Assembly: GCA_013002165.1 (NCBI GenBank)
Contig: JABDKO010000220.1
Location: 14,954-78,953 of the forward strand
Reading direction: 5' to 3'
DNA length: 64,000 nucleotides
DNA from: Rhodothermales bacterium
Lineage (GTDB): Bacteria; Bacteroidota; Rhodothermia; Rhodothermales; JABDKH01
In this document: piece after piece, positions 47,722 to 55,067 of the stretch
How positions within the stretch are numbered: the first letter of the stretch is position 1
Layout: every line of letters begins with the position of its first letter
The notes under the pieces: generated by a model
What the model was told of the DNA's origin: nothing
Database searches by the model: none
What the model saw: only the letters and a program-made list of their open reading frames with translations
Position numbers and translations under genes: made by a program

Positions 47722-49335
47722 ATGAGAAGAGATACAAAAATATTCAAGAGATCGAACCGAATTGCAGGCGTGGCTATCATCGCTTCGCTGATACTCTTCG
47801 GTGCCGGGTCCAGGGCCACCTTGGCCCAGACAGCATTTGATGCCCTGCGCTTCTCCGAGCGGCAGCCTGGCTCCGGTGTTCGCTCCCTCGGTATGGGTGG
47901 TGTCGGTGCAGCAGGTATTGCCGACTACTCCGCTGTTTACACTAATCCCGCAGGGCTAGGCCTTTTTAAGAAGTCAACGCTGAGCGGCTCACTTGGAATC
48001 TACTCGATTACCGACGATGCGATCTATACAGTCGGATCGAATTCCACCAGTCTGTCAAACGACCAATCTGACACGCGGCTTGGGCATATCGCGTATGTAC
48101 ACAAATATCCGACGGCCCGAGGAAGCCTCGTCATGGCGATCGGAATTAATCAGGTCCAATCGTTTAGTCGTGAACTCGTGTATAGTGGAGATAACGGCGA
48201 CAACTCGGCTACAGATTTCTTCATGCCACTACCAGGCGAGTTTGAAATCGACGCCGACAGTGGACAGGACGGAATTTTCGGAACCGACGATGATGTGTTC
48301 TTCCCATCGTTCTCCCGACCTTTATCATTTATTGCATTCGAGCTCTTTGCAATTGATTTCGATGCTGATCTATATGATTCAGGAGATCCGATTCCGTTCT
48401 TTCCGGCAGTAACCACCGGCACGGTACGGCAAACGGGTTCTGTGACCGAAAGTGGAGCCATGACAGAGTTCAATTTGGCCGGTGCATACGAAGCCGCGCA
48501 GGACGTCTTCCTGGGTGCCTCGGTGAATATCCCGTACGGCAAATGGGACTTTGACAGGTTTCTCTCCGAGGAAGATTTGCAGAATGACAACGACGGCTCA
48601 GGCGGAACCATTGATTTTGAATTTCTCGAATGGGACCAGTTTGTAGAGTCTGAGCTGGTCGGAATAAACGCCCGTGTGGGAGCTGTAATAAGGCCCGACA
48701 ACGGTGTGCGTGCCGGCCTTTCTATCGAGTCACCGACGTACTATTCAATCACCGAAACTTTCGGTACGATTATGACGGTCGGTTTTGATGACGGATACGT
48801 AGATACATATGGCGACAGCGTTCAGGAAGATGTTGGTGCAGGTGAATTCGAATATGAAATCCTGACTCCGTGGCGTTTCAGCGGCGGCGTCGGATTTACG
48901 ACTGGTGACCTTACCGTCATGCTGGACGGAGAGTACGTCGACTGGTCAACTCTGGAACTCGACTCCGGAACGTTCTCGTTTACGGATGAGAACAGGTTCA
49001 TTCGGCAAAATTTTGAAAGCGTCGTAAATGTGTCGGCTGGCCTGGAGTACAGGTTCGACAGTTTCAGGGCGCGTCTTGGAGTTGCGTCAAAAAAAGACCC
49101 TGTCGATCTTTTACCGAATCAAATCGATCCCGAGTTAGGCACCCTGAATCGTGACCGGTCGTATTTTTCCGCAGGAGTCACGTATGCGCCGAACAGTCAG
49201 TTTGCACTGGATATAGCGTGGAGTCAGGAACGTTTCGACGATCGATTCCTGCCGTACGAAGTTACAGGTGGCCCGGTTGTAACGGAAGAGATCGCGAGAA
49301 ACCGATTCAGCGTCGGAGCCCGATTCAGTTTGTAA
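47722..49335 (+). CDS. OmpP1/FadL family outer-membrane beta-barrel
   Basis: Signal peptide; DALRFS...RSLGMGG...NPAGLG N-terminal hatch motif; TPWRF; amphipathic strands. Confidence 0.85.
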   Translation: MRRDTKIFKRSNRIAGVAIIASLILFGAGSRATLAQTAFDALRFSERQPGSGVRSLGMGGVGAAGIADYSAVYTNPAGLGLFKKSTLSGSLGIYSITDDAIYTVGSNSTSLSNDQSDTRLGHIAYVHKYPTARGSLVMAIGINQVQSFSRELVYSGDNGDNSATDFFMPLPGEFEIDADSGQDGIFGTDDDVFFPSFSRPLSFIAFELFAIDFDADLYDSGDPIPFFPAVTTGTVRQTGSVTESGAMTEFNLAGAYEAAQDVFLGASVNIPYGKWDFDRFLSEEDLQNDNDGSGGTIDFEFLEWDQFVESELVGINARVGAVIRPDNGVRAGLSIESPTYYSITETFGTIMTVGFDDGYVDTYGDSVQEDVGAGEFEYEILTPWRFSGGVGFTTGDLTVMLDGEYVDWSTLELDSGTFSFTDENRFIRQNFESVVNVSAGLEYRFDSFRARLGVASKKDPVDLLPNQIDPELGTLNRDRSYFSAGVTYAPNSQFALDIAWSQERFDDRFLPYEVTGGPVVTEEIARNRFSVGARFSL

Positions 49336-49337
49336 CG

Positions 49338-50363
49338 TCAGTTGCTTGAAGCACTCTCACGCAGGCGGCGGCGGTAATCAGCAGCCGCTCTGTTGTGCTC
49401 TCTAAGCGTCCTTGAAAAGGTGTGGCTGCCGTCTCCGCGAGCTACGAAGTAGTAGTAACCGTGATCTTCGGGCTGTAAAGCAGCCGCCACCGCGGTAGGT
49501 GCCGGGTTGGTGACCGGTCCGGGTGGCAAGCCCCTGAATAAGTATGTGTTGAACGGGTGGTCAATCTTGTAGTCGCGAAAGTACAGCCGCCTCTTTTGAC
49601 CCTCAACCTGGATTAATGCAAACTGAACGGTCGGATCGGCATCAAGCCTCCAACCATCGCGCAATCTGTTTAGATACACACCGGCTATCGTAGGCCTTTC
49701 GCTGACCAGGTCAGACTCCCATTCAACAAGACTGGCAACGCGCACTATTTCGTCAGCGCTAAGGTTCTGTGCGTTGCCACCTTGTGCGTTTTCGGCATAG
49801 AACGAGTCAAAAGACTGCTTCACTTTTCGTACGACGTTCTCGGGACTGGTAAGCCAGTAGAAGAAATACGTCTCCGGCATCATATAGGCAAAAAGGTGCA
49901 GCGTATCTGTTCCTAGTTCGGCAGCGAGGGAGGAGTCGGCGAGCGCGGCAAGGAAGTCCTCCTTTTCAAAGGCCATCTCACTTGCAACGACAGCAGCAAT
50001 CACATCCTTCCTGGTACCCGGTGGAATAACCACCCGGACGGGCGTTTGCAGACCACGCCGTAACGTCTGCAGTATGTCGTAATTGGATTGACCACGTTCG
50101 AAATTGTAGTTACCGGCTTTTACCTGATTTCCCCAGCCAGTCAACTTTCCCATCAGGGAAAGCGTCCGCGTGCTTTCGACGATGTCCTGAGCGTACAAGC
50201 TATCGATTGTACTTTCGAATGAAGTACCCTTTGGTATCTGTATACTCTTCGTATCTGAGAAGTCAGTCGTGTTTGATGCAAATACGACCAGGTAGAGCCC
50301 AATGAAACCAAGCATTACAGCTACAGCTGCGCCCAGGCCGATTTTGAACAGTACACCTTTCAT
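49338..50363 (-). CDS. mltG: Endolytic transglycosylase MltG
   Basis: N-terminal TM; PETY, ASLVEWE, NRL...L-ADPTV, PFNTY...GLPPGP and HTFS. Confidence 0.95.
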   Translation of the reverse strand: MKGVLFKIGLGAAVAVMLGFIGLYLVVFASNTTDFSDTKSIQIPKGTSFESTIDSLYAQDIVESTRTLSLMGKLTGWGNQVKAGNYNFERGQSNYDILQTLRRGLQTPVRVVIPPGTRKDVIAAVVASEMAFEKEDFLAALADSSLAAELGTDTLHLFAYMMPETYFFYWLTSPENVVRKVKQSFDSFYAENAQGGNAQNLSADEIVRVASLVEWESDLVSERPTIAGVYLNRLRDGWRLDADPTVQFALIQVEGQKRRLYFRDYKIDHPFNTYLFRGLPPGPVTNPAPTAVAAALQPEDHGYYYFVARGDGSHTFSRTLREHNRAAADYRRRLRESASSN

Positions 50364-50366
50364 AAA

Positions 50367-50744
50367 CTACTTTTTGCCGGAAGTCCGGTCCGCTTTTTCC
50401 TGAAACAACCTTCGTTCAAGCGATCGTGTTTCGTCGATGATCCTCTCAAACAATCGGCGAATCGCGTCATCTTGTAATGGTCCGGGATTTTCCGACTGTA
50501 CATTTTTGAGTACCTGTGACTCTCGCTCGGGTACATAAACCGGCATCCCCAGTCTCTTCTTGAGGTCCCCGATCTTGTTTGCACATTTGGATCTGTTGTT
50601 AAGCAGATGCAGTATCGTGACATCCAGGCGATCAATCTGTTTCCGTAACAGCACAAGCGTTTCCTCATCGGAACTACCATCCTCTGACGCGAGAGTCTGT
50701 GACAGAAGCTCAACGATTTGCTCAATACGGAAATCTTTGTCCAT
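50367..50744 (-). CDS. Chorismate mutase (AroQ type II)
   Basis: LRKQIDRLD...LLNNR...IGDLK...YVPERE. Confidence 0.9.
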   Translation of the reverse strand: MDKDFRIEQIVELLSQTLASEDGSSDEETLVLLRKQIDRLDVTILHLLNNRSKCANKIGDLKKRLGMPVYVPERESQVLKNVQSENPGPLQDDAIRRLFERIIDETRSLERRLFQEKADRTSGKK

Positions 50745-50751
50745 GTCGAAG

Positions 50752-51774
50752 CTACAAATTCAAGTTTGGAGCAATAAACTCTGTACCGAGCGAATCAATA
50801 AGCTGCAACGCGCCCATCTGTGCGGCAACTCCGATCATCGCAGCATTGTCGGTGCAAAATGCCCGTGGCGGGAAATAGAGTTTCACATTCTTTTCCTTGC
50901 AAAGTTCGAGCGCGCGTCTCTGCAGCTCGGTATTGGCGGACACACCTCCGACAATTGATGCGGAAGATACTCCAGACTTTTCGATTGCCTGACCGAATTT
51001 CGACAAGAGCATCTCCACGACGGCTGCCTGAAAGGAGGCACAGATGTCATTCAATTTGTCTGCAACCAGTTTCTCGCGCTCGGACTCAGTGAATCGATTC
51101 AGGTAATAGAGTACCGACGTTTTGATACCTGAAAATGAATAGTCGAGACCATCGAGTTGCGTTCTGGGGAACCGGTGAAATGATGCGTCCCCGTCCGCGG
51201 CAAGTGAGTCAATTTCCGGGCCGGCGGGGTACCCGAGGCCAAGCAATTTTCCTGTTTTGTCAAAGGCTTCACCTGCCGCATCATCACGCGTCCGGCCAAG
51301 AATCTTTATGTCTCCCGCATTCCGCACGAGCACAAGCTGCGTGTGCCCACCCGACACGATGAGGCTGAGGAACGGTAGTTCAGGGCCGGCCTGTTCTATA
51401 AACGTAGAATACAGATGACCCTCGAGGTGATTCACACCATAGACCGGCAGTCCCAGCGCGTCCCCGAATCCCCGGGCGAAGCTGGTTCCTACGATAAGTG
51501 AACCGGGAAGGCCAGGGCCTCTCGTTACAGCGATTGCCTCGAGGTCTTCTGCACGGACCGATGCTTCTGCTAACGCAGTCTCGACAGTTCGCGTTACGAG
51601 CCTCAGGTGTGCCCGGGAAGCTATTTCGGGTACAACGCCTCCGAATGCCTCATGCCTGGTCTGAGAGGCAACGACTGTTGACAGAATAGACCGACCCCTC
51701 AGGACCGCGACGGCCATATCGTCGCAGGAACTCTCAATTGCCAGGATCAGTCGTTGTTCGATGCCGGTTTCCAA
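50752..51774 (-). CDS. tsaD: tRNA threonylcarbamoyladenosine biosynthesis protein TsaD
   Basis: IESSCDD, GGVVPE, HLEGH, SGGHT, DDAAGEAFDK and TDNAAMI. Confidence 0.97.
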   Translation of the reverse strand: METGIEQRLILAIESSCDDMAVAVLRGRSILSTVVASQTRHEAFGGVVPEIASRAHLRLVTRTVETALAEASVRAEDLEAIAVTRGPGLPGSLIVGTSFARGFGDALGLPVYGVNHLEGHLYSTFIEQAGPELPFLSLIVSGGHTQLVLVRNAGDIKILGRTRDDAAGEAFDKTGKLLGLGYPAGPEIDSLAADGDASFHRFPRTQLDGLDYSFSGIKTSVLYYLNRFTESEREKLVADKLNDICASFQAAVVEMLLSKFGQAIEKSGVSSASIVGGVSANTELQRRALELCKEKNVKLYFPPRAFCTDNAAMIGVAAQMGALQLIDSLGTEFIAPNLNL

Positions 51775-51937
51775 TTATCTATACTAATTCCATGATGATC
51801 GCGTTAACCACTGAAATATGCCTTGTTCGAGACATCGAAATATGCAATTTTGGGAGAACAAAGCAGATATTAACCTGTTTTATTCCATCCGCCGATAAAG
51901 TACCTTGTCGTGGCGGAATTATTTCCATGAGGATTGT

Positions 51938-52423
51938 ATGCGCATAGGATTACTAAGTGTCTGTCTGGTTGCTCTTCTGAGTATTTCGACGCCAGCGGAA
52001 GGCCAGCTTCGAACCGATGCTGCGGTAGAAAGTCCGGCTCGATTGTACGACAATGGAGGCGGCAACGTCCTGTTGAACACGGTCTTCAATCCGCGTTATT
52101 TCTCTATGGGACACTCACTCGAGTTTACAGCTGGTGGTGGTGGCGGGTACAGCTCTTCGCTGGCTATGTACACCAACTCACTCATGTGGAATTTTTCGGA
52201 CAAGCTTGCAGCACGGGCTGATATCAGTGTCGCATACTCACCCTTCTCCAATGGTCCTCAGGGCTTTGGTGGCGTTGGGAATTATTCTTCGGGGTCACGG
52301 GTGTTCTTGCGGAATGCTCAGGTTGCATACTCTCCATCAGAAAACCTCCATTTCCAGGTATCGATAAATAATAGTCCCTACGGTTATTACGGCAGCCCAT
52401 ACGGACTCTATCGATATCGCTAA
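51938..52423 (+). CDS. Secreted hypothetical protein (Gly/Ser/Tyr-rich, beta-strand pattern)
   Basis: Signal peptide ending AEG-Q; amphipathic strands; no known motif recognised. Confidence 0.7.
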   Translation: MRIGLLSVCLVALLSISTPAEGQLRTDAAVESPARLYDNGGGNVLLNTVFNPRYFSMGHSLEFTAGGGGGYSSSLAMYTNSLMWNFSDKLAARADISVAYSPFSNGPQGFGGVGNYSSGSRVFLRNAQVAYSPSENLHFQVSINNSPYGYYGSPYGLYRYR

Positions 52424-52554
52424 GAAGCAAAGCAAGATAGAATTCTGATTCCCATTCCGACTGCACCGAACCCTCTATCGAAGACGACGACATGTGTTGA
52501 GTCGAGCTCATGGTCGGGCTTACCCTCTGATGATGCCGGCAGGGGCTTGAAGGT

Positions 52555-53007
52555 ATGACAGCCGACCGTTCACGCTTCTCCAATCTCGGAGTAAATCTTG
52601 CGCTTCTCATTTTCGGAATTGGAGCGATAATATTACTCTACGCCCTGGCCTCACGATATCTATCTCCTAAAACGGATCCGATACGTTCAGGTCCTTCTGA
52701 ACTAGTCGGGAAGATTATTCAGGTTGAGGTTAGAAATGGTTGCGGGATTTCCGGTCTGGCCGCGGATGCAACTTCATTCTTGCGTCGAAAAGGCTTCGAC
52801 GTCGTTGAGGTAGGCGACTACACTCATTTTGACGTTGAAGAGTCAATCGTGATAGACCGAATCGGTGATCTGGCTTCAGCGAAAAAAGTTGCTGCGGCCC
52901 TGGGTCTCCCGGAGGACCGGGTCATACAGGAGATCCGACAGGATTATTTTCTGGATGCCAGCATTATTATTGGCAGAGATTACGAATTAATGCGTCCCTA
53001 CAAATAA
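52555..53007 (+). CDS. LytR C-terminal domain membrane protein
   Basis: N-terminal TM; VEVRNGCGISGLA...IIIGRDY; upstream of rsfS. Confidence 0.88.
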   Translation: MTADRSRFSNLGVNLALLIFGIGAIILLYALASRYLSPKTDPIRSGPSELVGKIIQVEVRNGCGISGLAADATSFLRRKGFDVVEVGDYTHFDVEESIVIDRIGDLASAKKVAAALGLPEDRVIQEIRQDYFLDASIIIGRDYELMRPYK

Positions 53008-53035
53008 GCTTGACAGGAAACTATAATGAGGTTTA

Positions 53036-53482
53036 ATGACGAAAGGCATTAATGTTCAACGAGAAGTCGACAGCGCGATAGACACAAAGCGCGAAAATAC
53101 AGATCAACTCGCACGGCTGATCATCAGTGCGGCGCTCGAAAAGAAGGCAACAAATATTGCCATTATGGAGATGCGGGAAGTGAGCGGGGTCGCTGACTAC
53201 TTCATCATATGTACAGGAGGCTCAGAGCAGCAGATCCGTGCAATCTGCGACGAAATACGACACCAGGCCAAGGAAACGCTTCGCGAGATTCCCTGGCAGA
53301 AGGAAGGTGAATCTCATTACTCATGGGTCGTACTGGATTATGTGGATGTGGTTGTTCACATAATGAATCCTGAGAAACGCGGATACTATCAACTCGAGAG
53401 ACTCTGGGGTGATGCAAATATTGAGTACATCGACGACGACAGTGTCGCTCCAGACATCCAACTATTCAGCAACATTGATTAG
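53036..53482 (+). CDS. rsfS: Ribosome silencing factor RsfS (Iojap)
   Basis: EKKA, ADYFIICT, WVVLDYVDVVVH and YQLERLW. Confidence 0.95.
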   Translation: MTKGINVQREVDSAIDTKRENTDQLARLIISAALEKKATNIAIMEMREVSGVADYFIICTGGSEQQIRAICDEIRHQAKETLREIPWQKEGESHYSWVVLDYVDVVVHIMNPEKRGYYQLERLWGDANIEYIDDDSVAPDIQLFSNID

Positions 53483-53507
53483 CGCTCACGTGCTCCGTGA
53501 AAACACT

Positions 53508-54008
53508 ATGCACAGTTCCATATACGCAGTGCTCCTGTTTGCATTCCTGTTCGCTGGATGCAGCGCCTCGCGCGAGTCGACCGTAACAGTTGACGAACAG
53601 TATGGCCATCGGTACGACGGTAAATCACCCGATGGCAGGGAAACGCATGTCATTCTACAGGCGGATTCGGGCGAGGAGTACGCCATCCATCCTGCGGTAT
53701 TCGACACTGTCCACGTGCGACCCCAGGAGATGGACACACCTCAGGATTCTGCTGTAAAAGTAGAGTTATTGATCAAGGGCTCTTTTCCGGATTCATGTAC
53801 GCGTCTGCATGCTTTGACTCAGGAGCGCTCCGGTAACATCGTTAACATATCTCTTGACATGCGTCGCCCAAGGTCGGCCATTTGCGCCAGTGTCGTCCGT
53901 CCGTACAGATTCTACATGGAACTTGAAGGCGACTACGCAGCGGGGAACTATACAATCAAGCTTAACGAAGCGGTCAGGACGTTCACGATTCGGTCTCTGG
54001 ACTCTTAA
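53508..54008 (+). CDS. Hypothetical lipoprotein with a Cys pair (Ig-like)
   Basis: Lipobox FAGC from ATG 53508; PDSC...C pair; GNYTI. Confidence 0.7.
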   Translation: MHSSIYAVLLFAFLFAGCSASRESTVTVDEQYGHRYDGKSPDGRETHVILQADSGEEYAIHPAVFDTVHVRPQEMDTPQDSAVKVELLIKGSFPDSCTRLHALTQERSGNIVNISLDMRRPRSAICASVVRPYRFYMELEGDYAAGNYTIKLNEAVRTFTIRSLDS

Positions 54009-54181
54009 GTTGAGACTGCAAGTCATCATTGCAGACGTTTTTACCCGGGCTGGACACTGTATCGCAATATTCCAGTGACACAAATGTGATGATCTGGATA
54101 GCCGGAGATCGCATTTTATACGGTTCTTGAAAACGCCGATACTCGAGGTTTCCCACCGGCAGTATCTATCCCATCAACTCC

Positions 54182-55054
54182 ATGTTTTTTGCGGCTATTC
54201 AGCATTCAATAAAAAAAGCACTACCCGGCCTGCTTGCTATAGGTTGCCTTATTGTTTTTCCTGCATCGCTTCTAATGAATCAGGCTGGTGCTCCTGCTAT
54301 GCGAACCGGAGCTCCGGGTGATGGCGATGGAACACCGGGTAACAGTGGCTCGTGTGCGGACGCTGGTTGTCACAACACGTATCCCGTCAATTCCGGAATC
54401 GGGTCTGTCACAATCGATGCACCTGCAGAGTTTCTCGCCGGGGTACCCCTTGAGTTCATGGTGTCAGTGGAAGACACTTCACGGTTCCGGTTCGGGTTCC
54501 AGACCACGATAAAAACTGCAGCTGCAGAAAACGTCGGAACGTTCGAGCTGATCGATTCAAACACGAGGTTTGCGACCGGCAATTCAAACTATGTAACACA
54601 CACTCTGGCGAACAGCAACGCACAGTGGACAGTCCGCTGGACGCCCCCCGCCGAGCTGACGGAAGATGTAACCATCTACGCTGGTGGAAACGCGGCGGAT
54701 GGCAGATTTACGCCGGCAAGCGACTATACCTATGAGACGGAAGTGTTACTCCAGTTCGCACAGCCCTCCGGCATCGATGATCAAGATGATCCTGCTTCAT
54801 CTCCTCGGCTTGAGGCCTTTCCAAACCCGGCTTCGTCGATTGTTTCACTGGTATTCGAATCAGGTCAGGAGAATGATGCGCGACTGCAAGTATTTGATCT
54901 GCTTGGCAAGATTGTATACGAGGCGCCATCCGGACCAATAGCATCGGGACAAACGATCGATGTGAACGTCACGAACTTTCCTGCCGGAGTGTATATCGGC
55001 AAGCTGATCGTCGGAACACGGTCGATATCGACAACTTTTTCAGTCGTGAAATAG
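54182..55054 (+). CDS. Choice-of-anchor V / Reeler-like domain protein with T9SS sorting domain
   Basis: TGAPGD...CADAGCH, FGFQ, VTH, WTPP and GNAAD; C-terminal FPNP...FDLLG...GVY. Confidence 0.78.
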   Translation: MFFAAIQHSIKKALPGLLAIGCLIVFPASLLMNQAGAPAMRTGAPGDGDGTPGNSGSCADAGCHNTYPVNSGIGSVTIDAPAEFLAGVPLEFMVSVEDTSRFRFGFQTTIKTAAAENVGTFELIDSNTRFATGNSNYVTHTLANSNAQWTVRWTPPAELTEDVTIYAGGNAADGRFTPASDYTYETEVLLQFAQPSGIDDQDDPASSPRLEAFPNPASSIVSLVFESGQENDARLQVFDLLGKIVYEAPSGPIASGQTIDVNVTNFPAGVYIGKLIVGTRSISTTFSVVK

Positions 55055-55067
55055 GGGACCGGTACTT

